Below are positions 19,586 through 30,262 of a DNA stretch of 64,000 nucleotides, in pieces. The translations under genes and the position numbers were made by a program. Location: NCBI GenBank assembly GCA_028282585.1, contig JANQHR010000126.1, positions 1 to 64,000 of the forward strand, read 5' to 3'. The first letter of the stretch is position 1. Each line of letters starts with the position of its first letter. Source of the DNA: Bacteroidales bacterium (lineage in GTDB: Bacteria > Bacteroidota > Bacteroidia > Bacteroidales > UBA12077). The notes below the pieces were generated by a model. It was not told the DNA's origin. It searched no databases and saw nothing but the letters and a program-made list of their open reading frames with translations.

Positions 19586-20845
19586 TCAAGATTTTAACAA
19601 GCTGTTATAAAGGTTTATATATTTATTAGCAGAGACTTTAGGTGAGTAGAATTCAACTGCTCTATTTCGTGCTTCTATGCATAAAGAATTATAATCTGAG
19701 TCAAAAAGAGTCCAAGTAATACCATTTGCCAAATCTTCAATTGATTTATATTTTGCCAGATAGCCATTGGTTTTATGAGAAATCATCTCTGACATTCCTG
19801 TTGCATTGAATGCTACCACAGGTAACCCACATGCATGAGATTCAACAACTGTATTCGGCAAATTGTCTTCTATCGAAGGTGTCACAAAAACATCACAAGC
19901 ATTATATACATTAACAATATCTTCTTGACTTGAAATATAATTTAGGTTAATGGTTTCAAAATTACTTTGAAATGGAGTTTTATTTTTCCCAAAAATAACC
20001 AAGGCAATTTCTTGAATAATTTCAGGCTTATTATTGGAAATAAACCCTAATGCTTCAATTAAATATGCTGATCCTTTTCTTTTATCGTTAATATTCATTG
20101 CACCAAAAAGTATCAGTTTTTTCTTTGATGAAATACCTAACCTACTTCTGGATTCAATTTTATTGCTTGGTTTATAAACATCTATATCAATTGGGTTTTG
20201 AATAGATATTATATGATTGCCTTTTAATAATGAACTTTCTATTGCAATGTTTTTTAACCAGTTGCTACACGTAACTGCATTTATAGTGGAGTTTTTGTAA
20301 ATTTTGCTTTTTCGTTTCCATATTCTGCTTGCCAAATCCTTTTTTTTAGGGCGTTTAAGAAACGGGCAATTTTGACAGCTGGATTTATACTTTTCGCAAT
20401 CACCCGCGTAATGGCAACCGCCTGTAAAAGCCCACATATCATGGAATGTCCAAACAATTGGTTTATTTAAACTAAAAATTTTTTTTAATGAATTTAGGGA
20501 TAGGAAACTACTATTTATCCAATGAAGATGAATAATGTCAGCTTCTTCAATTAATTCATTTCTGGAAATATCTTCACCAATATTTCCAATTGAAAAGGCA
20601 AAACGCACAGAAGCGTCCTTTTCTCTAAAAAAGAAAAGAAATCGTTCAAAAGCGAAACGAAGAAAATTAATTGCCCTTTTTAGTCTGGAGTTAGAAGTTG
20701 AATAAATATAATCGCATTTAGATTTCCTTTCCTGAACAAGTAATTTAACTTCAATGTTTTGACTCTTAAGGCTGTCAGTAAGCCTCTTTGCAGCGATTGC
20801 TGCTCCGCCAATGGTATCCGAAGTATTAACTAATACTATTTTCAA
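19586..20845 (-). CDS. Glycosyltransferase family 4 (WcaC-like)
   Basis: GGAAIAA, WTFHDMWAFTGGCHY, DNLPNTVVESHACGLP; TTG start. Confidence 0.9.
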   Translation of the reverse strand: MKIVLVNTSDTIGGAAIAAKRLTDSLKSQNIEVKLLVQERKSKCDYIYSTSNSRLKRAINFLRFAFERFLFFFREKDASVRFAFSIGNIGEDISRNELIEEADIIHLHWINSSFLSLNSLKKIFSLNKPIVWTFHDMWAFTGGCHYAGDCEKYKSSCQNCPFLKRPKKKDLASRIWKRKSKIYKNSTINAVTCSNWLKNIAIESSLLKGNHIISIQNPIDIDVYKPSNKIESRSRLGISSKKKLILFGAMNINDKRKGSAYLIEALGFISNNKPEIIQEIALVIFGKNKTPFQSNFETINLNYISSQEDIVNVYNACDVFVTPSIEDNLPNTVVESHACGLPVVAFNATGMSEMISHKTNGYLAKYKSIEDLANGITWTLFDSDYNSLCIEARNRAVEFYSPKVSANKYINLYNSLLKS

Positions 20846-20857
20846 TGTACTTTAATT

Positions 20858-21559
20858 TTAATCTTTAATAAAAGAATATTCCTCTCCATTAGGAGAAACA
20901 TGAAAAACTTTGTAGCCAATTGAGTTTAATAAATGAATAGCTTTTTTACTTTTTTTTATTCCAATTTTATCAAGCCTATGGTGAAACTCTACTAGTAATT
21001 GTTTAATTTCAATTTTATTTCTGACAATATAATCAATTACATCATATTCAGCACCCTCAATATCGATTTTTAGTATGTCAATTCTTTGGTGGTTTAAATC
21101 TGTCATTATGGTTTTTAAATCTTTTACAGGAATATTAATATTATTACCTGTTTTGTCAAGCACATTTTTAATTGACCCGGAAATGTATTCTGGATTTTCC
21201 GGTAATGTAAATTCGCTATTACCGGTAAAGTCTGCTAAGCCATATTCATGTAAAATGAATTTTGTGGTAATATTTTGTTTTTTAATCCATTCTATAGATT
21301 TTGGAGTCGGGTCAAAAGCATGTATGCTTACATTATATTTTTCAATTAAACTGAGGTCAAAGCTAATATCGGTTCCAATTCCAAACGAATATATGATTGA
21401 TTCTTCCGATATTAAGTTTGGAAGAATTGTCCACTGTGCATTTTTATTACCATAAGTTATTCTATCGTATCTCTTAATTTGCAGAGAGAAGTAAAAATCC
21501 TTATTTAAAAGCACCTTTCTTATTCTTAATATGTAGGTAAGAAGATTAGAAAAATCCAT
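20858..21559 (-). CDS. FkbM family methyltransferase
   Basis: YSFGIGTDISFD, FDPTP, LKIDIEGAE, LVEFH. Confidence 0.9.
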   Translation of the reverse strand: MDFSNLLTYILRIRKVLLNKDFYFSLQIKRYDRITYGNKNAQWTILPNLISEESIIYSFGIGTDISFDLSLIEKYNVSIHAFDPTPKSIEWIKKQNITTKFILHEYGLADFTGNSEFTLPENPEYISGSIKNVLDKTGNNINIPVKDLKTIMTDLNHQRIDILKIDIEGAEYDVIDYIVRNKIEIKQLLVEFHHRLDKIGIKKSKKAIHLLNSIGYKVFHVSPNGEEYSFIKD

Positions 21560-21586
21560 TGAATAGTATTAGGTTAATTGGTAAAA

Positions 21587-22780
21587 TTATTTATCTAAAA
21601 TATAATTTTCTAGTTTTTTAATAATACTTTTATATTCATAATTTTCAAGTATATACTGTTGTCCTTCATGAGATAATTTTTTTCTTAGCTTTTCTTCATC
21701 AATAAGTTTTAAAATGCTGTTTCCAAGGCTGTTTAGATCGTTTTTTTGATATAACAAGCCTCCTTTTTCCAATCTTTTATTGTTAGTTGAATCAGATTCC
21801 ATAATTACAGGAATTCCGCACGCTTGGGCATCTAAGGCACTTAAGGTATTTTCTTTTGGAAATACAGCAAAGTCAGCTATTGAATAATATTTAAAAAGTA
21901 TAGAACTATCTACTGGTTCAATAAATCTAATTTTAATATTGTCAATTGAATGAAAAGAATCTAATTGAAAGTTTGAACTGAAATATGGTTCTATTTTAGG
22001 GCCAACAAAAATTATATGCAAATTAACTTTTATGCCATCTTTGATTTTATCGACTGCGCTTAAGATAAGGTGTGGTTTTTTTCTTTCATTAATTTTTCCG
22101 GTATAAATTAATGCAATATCATTTGGAGGAATTTCTAGTTTCTGCCTTATTAGATTTCTGTCTTCTGCTTTAAAATAGAATTGAGACGAATCTGTACCTA
22201 TAGGAAGGAAATCAACATAGTTTGATGGAATTTTATAATCATTTAAAAGGATTTGTTGATTTTCAGGAGTTGTTGCAAAAACCATGATGTTTTTTTTAGT
22301 AATTATTTTTGAAATAATGGTTTTTAGAAAAAGCAACTGCACTTTAAAAGCAATGCCTTTTTTGAATTGATTATATAAGGTGTGCGTATCAGTAAATACT
22401 TTTATTTTTTTAAGTTTAAATAAGGTGTTAAGTATTACTCGTATAGCAGAGTAAGATTCAATTACATGGACGTAAATCACGTCAGGGTTAATATCATTTA
22501 TTTTCTTTAATAAGCCAGTTAACCACAAATTTGATTTTTGAGTTTCTCCCCAGAATGTATTTAACCGGTGAATCTTAACTAAATATTTTTGCTCAAATTC
22601 TTCATCTAATTTTTTAATATTAATATTGTTTGTTAACCCTTCCCATATACTCATGGAGTTAGAGGTTAAAATATGAAAATCAATTTCTGGTGCATGGTAT
22701 TTAGCAAAAAAATTAATTTGATATCCCATCGAGGGATGAAACCTATCTTCAATATGTAAAACTCGGTTTTTTTTAATCAT
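21587..22780 (-). CDS. Glycosyltransferase family 4
   Basis: YTGKINERKK, DAQACGIPVI GT-B C-terminal motifs. Confidence 0.85.
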   Translation of the reverse strand: MIKKNRVLHIEDRFHPSMGYQINFFAKYHAPEIDFHILTSNSMSIWEGLTNNINIKKLDEEFEQKYLVKIHRLNTFWGETQKSNLWLTGLLKKINDINPDVIYVHVIESYSAIRVILNTLFKLKKIKVFTDTHTLYNQFKKGIAFKVQLLFLKTIISKIITKKNIMVFATTPENQQILLNDYKIPSNYVDFLPIGTDSSQFYFKAEDRNLIRQKLEIPPNDIALIYTGKINERKKPHLILSAVDKIKDGIKVNLHIIFVGPKIEPYFSSNFQLDSFHSIDNIKIRFIEPVDSSILFKYYSIADFAVFPKENTLSALDAQACGIPVIMESDSTNNKRLEKGGLLYQKNDLNSLGNSILKLIDEEKLRKKLSHEGQQYILENYEYKSIIKKLENYILDK

Positions 22781-22803
22781 TTTAATATCGAGAAATTAAT
22801 AAG

Positions 22804-22955
22804 CAAAAATAAGATAATTCTTTAACTGTAGTATTTTTTTGCATAATATGCCTTAGCATTATAATGTTTGATAAAAGTAGCTTTAAGGTAATATTAACCT
22901 AATAACGATTAAATCATAGTTTAATTCATTATCAGAATAAAAGATATTATTTTTG
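22804..22955. promoter_or_regulatory. Divergent -7 elements in the glycan locus
   Basis: TATTTTTG on minus (22804-22811) and on plus (22948-22955). Confidence 0.45.
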
Positions 22956-22969
22956 TGGTGATTAATACG

Positions 22970-23941
22970 ATGATTAGCATGATTCCATTAAAGTGGTTAT
23001 TTATTCGATGGTTCTTTAAATATTTATCTCCAGTTATAAAATTTTACGAGGAATGGTTAATTAAAAAATATTCATCAAAAGGAATTAATTACCCTCCAAT
23101 ATTTATAGTTGGTGCACCAAGAAGTGGGTCAACAATATTGTTTCAGTTGTTAACCAAATATTTCAGTTTTGTTTATATAAACAATTTTATTAATATGGCG
23201 CGAGAAGTGCCATTAACTGGATTTGTTGTTAACAAAATTCTTTTTAAAGATATAAAGCATAACTCATTTTCGTCTCAATATGGTAATACTCAATCGGGAG
23301 GGTTAGTTGCTCCAAACGAAGGGTTATTTTGGTATAAATGGCTACCTAAAGATAAACATTTCGTTCGTTCAAAAGATATCTCTGTAAAAGATAAACGAAA
23401 GATGAAAGATTGCTTTAATGCGATAATGAATAAATATGAGCAATCAATAATAATAAAAAATTTATCTTTTGGTTTAAGGTTAGAGTTAATACATAAACTT
23501 TTTCCTTTGGCAAAAATAATTGTTATTAAACGCGACCCATTTTTTACATGCCAGTCAATATTTTTATCGAGGAGGAAATTAGGAATTCCTGATAATAAGA
23601 TGTGGGGAATTTTACCTAGAAACTTCCAAGAAATGAATGAATTAAATATATACGAAAAAATAGTTTTACAAGTATCTTCAATTAACCAACAGATTGAAGA
23701 GGATATAAAAAATTTCCCTAAAGAAAATGTTTATAGTTTAACATATGAATCTTTATGCCAGAATACAAGAGCACAAATATCTGAGATTACTGGTTTCATT
23801 AATTCAGGTTTTAGTTTAAAAGAAAATTTTCAAGTGCAAAATTTAAAAAATGGTAATAACTTGAAGTTATCAAGAACCGATGAATTAGAATTTAAGAGTC
23901 TTATAGAAAAACATATAAATTATGCAGGAACAAATGAATAG
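22970..23941 (+). CDS. Sulfotransferase family protein (glycan-associated)
   Basis: PIFIVGAPRSGSTIL 5'-PSB motif, IKRDP, YESL; start refined downstream of the promoter motif. Confidence 0.85.
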   Translation: MISMIPLKWLFIRWFFKYLSPVIKFYEEWLIKKYSSKGINYPPIFIVGAPRSGSTILFQLLTKYFSFVYINNFINMAREVPLTGFVVNKILFKDIKHNSFSSQYGNTQSGGLVAPNEGLFWYKWLPKDKHFVRSKDISVKDKRKMKDCFNAIMNKYEQSIIIKNLSFGLRLELIHKLFPLAKIIVIKRDPFFTCQSIFLSRRKLGIPDNKMWGILPRNFQEMNELNIYEKIVLQVSSINQQIEEDIKNFPKENVYSLTYESLCQNTRAQISEITGFINSGFSLKENFQVQNLKNGNNLKLSRTDELEFKSLIEKHINYAGTNE

Positions 23942-24923
23942 TATATTTTATCTTGAAGAAGGCGATTTTCACTTATGGGATGGTTTTGTTGATAGTTTAG
24001 AATGTGGCTCGATTTTTAATAAAAGTGTTTTTCTAAAAAGAATTGCTGAAGTATTAAACCTGAATTTTGCAATCGTTGTTTATCTGAATGAGAGCGAAGA
24101 AATTGCAGGAGGTTTTGCTTTTTGCTATAAAAAGAAATATGGAGTAAAATATATTTATTTTACTCCTTTGGCTCAATACAATTTTATACTTATTAAAGAT
24201 AGAGAAACGATTTATTTATCAAAAAAACAATCTCATCATTACAAAATCTTAAGCTTGATATTGAATTTTCTTGAAAAAGAATATTTTATTATAAAGTTTT
24301 CATTTAATATTAATTATAAAGATATTAGGCCATACATCTGGAAAGGTTATGAAACAAACATAAATTACACGTTTACAAAAAAAATAACGGATACGGATAA
24401 GATTTATAAAGAGTTTGATTACGCTTTGAGGAAACAAATTAAAAAAGGAGAAAAACTAAATTACAAAATTGATAGCGAAAATAATGAAATTAACATTAAA
24501 ATACTTCATAAATTAAATGCAGCAACGTACAAAAGGCAAAATTTAATTTTTAAGTTATCATATAAACAATTTTATAATTTAATAAATGGATTATTTATAA
24601 ATGAGCTTGCCAAAATATACACAATATATTATGAAGAAAAACCAATAAGCTCTACACTTCTTTTTATTGAAAAAAACAAAGCTTACCATATGTTGATCGG
24701 GACTGAAAAAAGTTCTTATAATTTAGGGCTCAACCAGGTGTTAATGATTGAAGTTTTTAAAGATTTGGTTAAGAATGGCATTAACGAATTTGATTTTATG
24801 GGAGCAAATGTTGAGTCTATTGCGAATTATAAAGCTCAGTTTAGTTTTGAACTTAAACCATTTTATTCAGCGTTAAAAGTTAAAGGTATTTTAAAATACC
24901 ATTTTAAGGTTAAAAAAACTTAA
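23922..24923 (+). CDS. GNAT/FemAB-like acyltransferase
   Basis: WDGFV..., RKQIKKGEK, EFDFMGAN..SIANYKAQF pattern of FemAB-like GNATs in glycan loci. Confidence 0.75.
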   Translation: MQEQMNSIFYLEEGDFHLWDGFVDSLECGSIFNKSVFLKRIAEVLNLNFAIVVYLNESEEIAGGFAFCYKKKYGVKYIYFTPLAQYNFILIKDRETIYLSKKQSHHYKILSLILNFLEKEYFIIKFSFNINYKDIRPYIWKGYETNINYTFTKKITDTDKIYKEFDYALRKQIKKGEKLNYKIDSENNEINIKILHKLNAATYKRQNLIFKLSYKQFYNLINGLFINELAKIYTIYYEEKPISSTLLFIEKNKAYHMLIGTEKSSYNLGLNQVLMIEVFKDLVKNGINEFDFMGANVESIANYKAQFSFELKPFYSALKVKGILKYHFKVKKT

Positions 24924-25019
24924 TAACACATTATAATTATAACAATTGTAGTAGGGTAATTAGCATTAGCATTAAAATTCTATAATTTATATAAATTTGC
25001 ACATCACAATAATCTAAGA

Positions 25020-25856
25020 ATGGGAAAAATAAAAAACAGGATAAAGGCAATATTAAAAAAATTACCTAAAAATTTTACTAAACATTATATATACCCTAAG
25101 TTATATCATAGGGTACATGAACCATATAATGCAAGAAACTATTTTGAATCTTACTATGATGTTCAGGAAGAATTTAATGATGGAGTTACTATTGGGCCTG
25201 GATATAATAATTTGTTTACAAAATTCCATTATAATAGTGTAGAGAATTCGATAATTAGTTTTTTTGTAAAAAGAAATTTTACCGAAGCTCCTAAAGTATT
25301 AGATATAGGATCTGGGGCTGGGCATTGGATAGATTTTTACCTAGACACATTTAAAGCATCAAAAGTTACTGGAATTGATTTATCTGAGCCATGTGTTAAT
25401 AAGCTAAAGGAAAAGTATAAGCCTGTTAATAATGTAAAAATAGCTCTTGAAGATATTACTTCAATTAACCTTAAAAGAGATGAAAAGTATGATATCATTA
25501 ACGCGATAGGTGTTATATTTCATATAGTTGATGATAAATTATGGGAGCAAACATTAACAAACTTAGCCTCAATGTTAAACCCAAATGGATATATTGTTGT
25601 AGGAGGGCATTTTGGCATTGTAACTCAAAATGTTCAATTTCATTTTAAAAATGAGAAGTTTGAGACATTTGATGAAATATTAACAAAGAGAGAAAATGTT
25701 TCTTATGTTAATAAAAGGATAAGGTCTCTATCCAGGTGGAAAAAAGTTGCAAAAAGAAATAATCTACAAGTATTAAAAAAAATAGCCACACGTTCAAATA
25801 AGAACATTGTTACACCAGAAAACAATATTTTAATTCTTACCCTAATAGGGCATTAA
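25020..25856 (+). CDS. Class I SAM-dependent methyltransferase
   Basis: VLDIGSGAG, GIDLS, YDII, LNPNG motifs. Confidence 0.88.
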   Translation: MGKIKNRIKAILKKLPKNFTKHYIYPKLYHRVHEPYNARNYFESYYDVQEEFNDGVTIGPGYNNLFTKFHYNSVENSIISFFVKRNFTEAPKVLDIGSGAGHWIDFYLDTFKASKVTGIDLSEPCVNKLKEKYKPVNNVKIALEDITSINLKRDEKYDIINAIGVIFHIVDDKLWEQTLTNLASMLNPNGYIVVGGHFGIVTQNVQFHFKNEKFETFDEILTKRENVSYVNKRIRSLSRWKKVAKRNNLQVLKKIATRSNKNIVTPENNILILTLIGH

Positions 25857-25996
25857 AAAGCATTAAAATTACATGCTGGTAAAAGCGTTGTAAATTAGCG
25901 TTAAATATTGTTGAGATGAGGTTTTTATTTATAATTACTGATGAAAAACTTAGGATAGCATAGTGCGCAGGCTTTATTTAGGAAATAAGTTAAAAA

Positions 25997-27493
25997 TTGA
26001 TAGGCAGTTTAAAACATACATTAAAACATTCACTTGTTTATAGCCTTGGAAATTTATCCACAAAGGTTATTGGGTTAATTTTATTGCCGTTATACACTTC
26101 TTTCTTATCAACAAATGATTATGGAATTCTAGCAGTTTTAGAAACTACAAGCCAGTTTTTAGTTGCAATGGTAAGTTTAAGGCTATCGACTGCTATGATG
26201 AAATGGTGGTCTGATGCAAATTCTGGAAAGAAAAAACAATCAATTATTTTTACAAGTTTTTCTTCTCTGGCTTTTATTTTAATATTATTTAATCTCGTAT
26301 TTCAACCATTTAAAATAAAATTTTCACATCTGTTTTTCAGTTCAGATAGTTATGAAGCCTACTTTTTAATTCTTTTTGCCTCAGTTTCACTAGAGATTCT
26401 TGCAGGAATTACGCTTTCTCTAATTCGCCTTAAAGAAAAATCTGCCCTGTTTGTAACTATAAATATTATTAAACTTTTGGTGAGTTTAAGTTTAAATATA
26501 TATTTTATAGTTTACCTAAAAATGGGTGTTAAAGGAATTATCTTAAGTTTATTAATTGGGCATATGGTAACTTTAGTATTGACAGTCCCTACTTTAATTA
26601 AAAACTGTAATTTAGTATTTAGTTTTAAAATATTTAAGGAGTTAGTTAAATTTTCATTTCCTTTAAGTTTGACAACTATTACAATGTTGTTGCTTACATT
26701 AAGCGATAGGTATATTTTAAAGTATTTCCATGATTATTCAAATGTTGGTGTTTATAGTTTAGGATATAAATTGGCAGGTGTGATAAATGTATTTATATTA
26801 CAATCTTTTCAGATGGGATTTATGCCAATTGCCTATAAAATTTATAAAAAGCCTGAAGCCAAAAGATATTTTTCAAAGGTTTTTCTCTATCTCGTTTTTA
26901 TATTATTGCTTTCAACACTAGTATTATCTTTGTTTTCAAAAGAAGCAATTGTTCTTTTTGCTAAAAATAATAATGATTATTGGTTAGCTTATACAATTGT
27001 TCCTGTTTTATGTTTAACCTATTCATTAAAGGGGATGGAATATTTCTTTGCATTAGGGCTTCATTATGTAAAAAAAACAAAATATAATGCCGTAATAGTT
27101 TTAATTGGTTCAGTTATTAGTTTAAGTTTGAACATTTTACTAATCCCATATTTAAAAATTTATGGAGCTGCGGTTACAGCATTATTAACTCAATTAGTCT
27201 TGGTTTATTTATTTTATAAAAAATCAAACAAGTATTATCCAATAGATTATGAGTTGGTTAAGGTTGCAAAGCTTTTTGCAATAACCGTTATGATTCTAGC
27301 AATTACCTACTTTATTCAACATATTAACCTATTTCTTAGGCTTGGAATTAAAACATTACTTATTGTTTTATTCCCGTTTATTTTACATTACTGGAACTTC
27401 TTTGAAGAAATTGAGGTTTTGAGAATAAAGCAAGCTTGGGTGAAATGGAAGAACCCTGTTAATTGGAAAGACAATTTAAGAAGAAAAGAATGA
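25997..27493 (+). CDS. wzx: Oligosaccharide flippase (Wzx family)
   Basis: LLPLYT..L...DYG, SDRYIL, VGVYSLGYK, GAAVT; about 14 TM; TTG start. Confidence 0.88.
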   Translation: MIGSLKHTLKHSLVYSLGNLSTKVIGLILLPLYTSFLSTNDYGILAVLETTSQFLVAMVSLRLSTAMMKWWSDANSGKKKQSIIFTSFSSLAFILILFNLVFQPFKIKFSHLFFSSDSYEAYFLILFASVSLEILAGITLSLIRLKEKSALFVTINIIKLLVSLSLNIYFIVYLKMGVKGIILSLLIGHMVTLVLTVPTLIKNCNLVFSFKIFKELVKFSFPLSLTTITMLLLTLSDRYILKYFHDYSNVGVYSLGYKLAGVINVFILQSFQMGFMPIAYKIYKKPEAKRYFSKVFLYLVFILLLSTLVLSLFSKEAIVLFAKNNNDYWLAYTIVPVLCLTYSLKGMEYFFALGLHYVKKTKYNAVIVLIGSVISLSLNILLIPYLKIYGAAVTALLTQLVLVYLFYKKSNKYYPIDYELVKVAKLFAITVMILAITYFIQHINLFLRLGIKTLLIVLFPFILHYWNFFEEIEVLRIKQAWVKWKNPVNWKDNLRRKE

Positions 27494-28869
27494 AAGGAGT
27501 TTTAAATAAACAACAAATAGATTATGTCTTTTATCATCTTGGGTTTGTTTTTGAAATTACGAATGATTTAAAAAACAGAATCAGATTTAATAGTAAACCA
27601 GAGAACGACAAAAACTATATATTATTTAAGTTATCAAAAGAAAAATTAGATGTTAAAAATGTCTTAAAGATTAATGATATTCCTGTTTTATTTCCATTAG
27701 GAACTTCCGATAAATTCTATCATTTTGAAAATAACGAGCTCATATTTGACCATGATATTTTAAAATCAGCATTTTATTTACTTTCCGGTTACCAGGAATG
27801 GAATTCAAAAGATTTAGATCATTACGATAGGTTCCCATATGAAAATTCAATACAAAAAAAACTAGGAATAATAAATAAGCCGGTTGTAAATTACTATTTT
27901 GAGATAATAGTAAATGCAATAAGTGAATTTTGTAATTTAAATAAGATTCCTTTCAAAAGAAAAAAACTATCTGATAAATTCATCTTTTTATTAAGTCATG
28001 ATATTGATCTAATTGATAACTACAATTATTATGAGGTTGTTAGTAAACTTAAGCAAGCTTTAGGATTATCAAAACCATTATATTCTAAATTAAAATCAAT
28101 TAAGATTTTTTTGTACTATTTCATTAGGTGGATTAATCCCTTTAATAAAGAAAATCCTTATTGGAGTTTTAATAAACTTTTAATGATTGAGAAAGGCAAT
28201 GGTATTAATGCAACATATTTTTTTTTAGAAAAAAGCCATAAACACCAGGATTCCTACTATACATTTAATGAACCCAGAATAAGAAAACTTATAGAAACAC
28301 TTGAAAACAATAATGCTGAAATTGGTTTACATGGAACAATAAAATCTGCTGAAAGCGAGGGTGCTTTAAAAAAAACATATGAGAATTTGCAATTAGTTTC
28401 GAACCATAAAGTGGAAGGAGTTAGGCAACATACTCTAAAATACAAACATCCTGAAACATTAAAGATTCAGGAAAAGGTTGGGATTAAATATGATACAACA
28501 CTGGGGTTTGCTGCTCATGAAGGATTTAGAAATTCATATTGTTTGCCGTTTAAACTTTTTGACTTTAACAATAATAAGATTATAAATATCTGGGAATTCC
28601 CTTTGATAGTAATGGATGGAACTTTGTTTGGATATAGGAAGTTAAAATTTGCTGATGCAACTAAGAGTATCGGGCAATTGTTAAATGAAGTTGAAAAATT
28701 TAATGGAGTTTTCACTTTTTTATGGCACAATAGTTTCTTTGAGGAAGTAATTTTTCCCGGAATAACCAAATTTTATGAAGATACAATTAATCAAATTATG
28801 TCAAGAAAACCAGAATCAATTACAGGACGAAGACTTTTGAATAGATTACGTAGGAATAATGGTGTATAA
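27490..28869 (+). CDS. Polysaccharide deacetylase family protein (WbmS/DUF7033-like)
   Basis: LSHDID, ATYFF, EIGLHG, GVRQH, YDTTLGF, LWHNS; ATG overlaps the wzx stop (ATGA). Confidence 0.82.
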   Translation: MKGVLNKQQIDYVFYHLGFVFEITNDLKNRIRFNSKPENDKNYILFKLSKEKLDVKNVLKINDIPVLFPLGTSDKFYHFENNELIFDHDILKSAFYLLSGYQEWNSKDLDHYDRFPYENSIQKKLGIINKPVVNYYFEIIVNAISEFCNLNKIPFKRKKLSDKFIFLLSHDIDLIDNYNYYEVVSKLKQALGLSKPLYSKLKSIKIFLYYFIRWINPFNKENPYWSFNKLLMIEKGNGINATYFFLEKSHKHQDSYYTFNEPRIRKLIETLENNNAEIGLHGTIKSAESEGALKKTYENLQLVSNHKVEGVRQHTLKYKHPETLKIQEKVGIKYDTTLGFAAHEGFRNSYCLPFKLFDFNNNKIINIWEFPLIVMDGTLFGYRKLKFADATKSIGQLLNEVEKFNGVFTFLWHNSFFEEVIFPGITKFYEDTINQIMSRKPESITGRRLLNRLRRNNGV

Positions 28870-28985
28870 AATTGTAAAATACCCTTTCATTAGTTAACAG
28901 AATTTAATTAACCTTTAAAAACATTTATAAATACTAAAAATTGTCAAGAAAGAATTTTAATAGATTATAATTAAAATAATAGGAA

Positions 28986-30065
28986 ATGATTAATAAAGTA
29001 TTAACCGTTATAGGGGCTAGGCCACAATTTATCAAAGCAGCTTCAGTTAACCGGGCTTTTAAAAAAGAAAAAGTTAATGAAATCATTGTACATACAGGGC
29101 AACACTTCGATAATAATATGTCGAATATCTTCTTTGATGAGATGAATATTCCAAAGCCAAACTATAATCTTAATATTCATAGTCTTTTACATGGTGCTAT
29201 GACAGGTAGAATGATTGAAGAAATTGAAAAAATCCTTCTAATGGAGTCACCTGATTTAGTATTGGTTTATGGTGATACAAATTCTACTTTGGCAGGAGCC
29301 TTAGCCGCTCAAAAAATGCATATTCCTATTGCTCATATTGAAGCCGGTTTAAGATCTTACAATATGAAAATGCCAGAGGAAGTAAATAGAATATTAACAG
29401 ATAGAATTTCAAATTATTTATTTTGTCCTTCCGATAAAGCTATTGAAAATTTATATAATGAAGGATTTAAAAACTATCCATGTAAACTAATTAAAAGTGG
29501 TGACGTAATGCAGGATGCGGCATTGTATTATGAAAAAATATCTGATTCAAAATCTACAATTATTAATGATCTTAATCTTGGAAAAGATAAATACATACTC
29601 TGTACATTACACAGGCAAGAAAATACGGACGATAAAAACCGGTTAAGAAATATTATTCAAGCCTATAATGAGTTGAGTAAAGACCTCAGAATAATTTTAC
29701 CTATTCATCCGCGTACTCAAAAAATTCTGGAAAGAATAACTATTGATATAAAGTTTGAGATAATTGATCCAATTGGATATTTCGACATGCTTCAGTTGAT
29801 TAAAAATTCAGAGTTTATTATAACAGATAGTGGAGGATTACAAAAAGAAGCTTTTTTCTTTAAAAAATATTGTATTACAACACGAGATGAGACAGAATGG
29901 GTTGAGCTTGTTGATAATGGATTCAATATTGTTGTGGGTGCTAATAAGGAAAGAATAATTTTTGAATCGAAAAAAATACCTGAAAAGTCGGAAAACTTTA
30001 ATGTTAATTTATATGGAAATGGAAAGGCTAGTGATTTTATAGTAAACAACATAATTGCTGAATAG
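28986..30065 (+). CDS. wecB: Non-hydrolysing UDP-N-acetylglucosamine 2-epimerase
   Basis: GARPQFIK, HTGQH, YGDTNS, HIEAGLRS, TDSGGLQKEA. Confidence 0.94.
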   Translation: MINKVLTVIGARPQFIKAASVNRAFKKEKVNEIIVHTGQHFDNNMSNIFFDEMNIPKPNYNLNIHSLLHGAMTGRMIEEIEKILLMESPDLVLVYGDTNSTLAGALAAQKMHIPIAHIEAGLRSYNMKMPEEVNRILTDRISNYLFCPSDKAIENLYNEGFKNYPCKLIKSGDVMQDAALYYEKISDSKSTIINDLNLGKDKYILCTLHRQENTDDKNRLRNIIQAYNELSKDLRIILPIHPRTQKILERITIDIKFEIIDPIGYFDMLQLIKNSEFIITDSGGLQKEAFFFKKYCITTRDETEWVELVDNGFNIVVGANKERIIFESKKIPEKSENFNVNLYGNGKASDFIVNNIIAE

Positions 30066-30236
30066 GTTTCCAAGTTGCTCCAAGTATCTTGCTAAAAGAT
30101 ATCCTTACTGTTAAGTTTTAATCTTATTTAGAGAGATAAACCATTGAACTAAAATATGATGTTTTATAAAGCTTATCGCTTAAAATTTTATCCAAAGTGG
30201 CATTCTTAAACTAATTATAAAAACCAACAATTTTAG

Positions 30237-30244
30237 TATCTTTG
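30237..30244 (+). promoter_or_regulatory. -7 promoter element of the ftsX operon
   Basis: TATCTTTG 18 nt before the ATG. Confidence 0.55.
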
Positions 30245-30262
30245 CCCAATTAGGTTAAAAAT

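Noticed and set aside
24950-24990. ttagca tandem repeat and gcattaaaa motifs flanking the methyltransferase as possible insertion scars
   Set aside because: Too short and AT-rich to distinguish from chance
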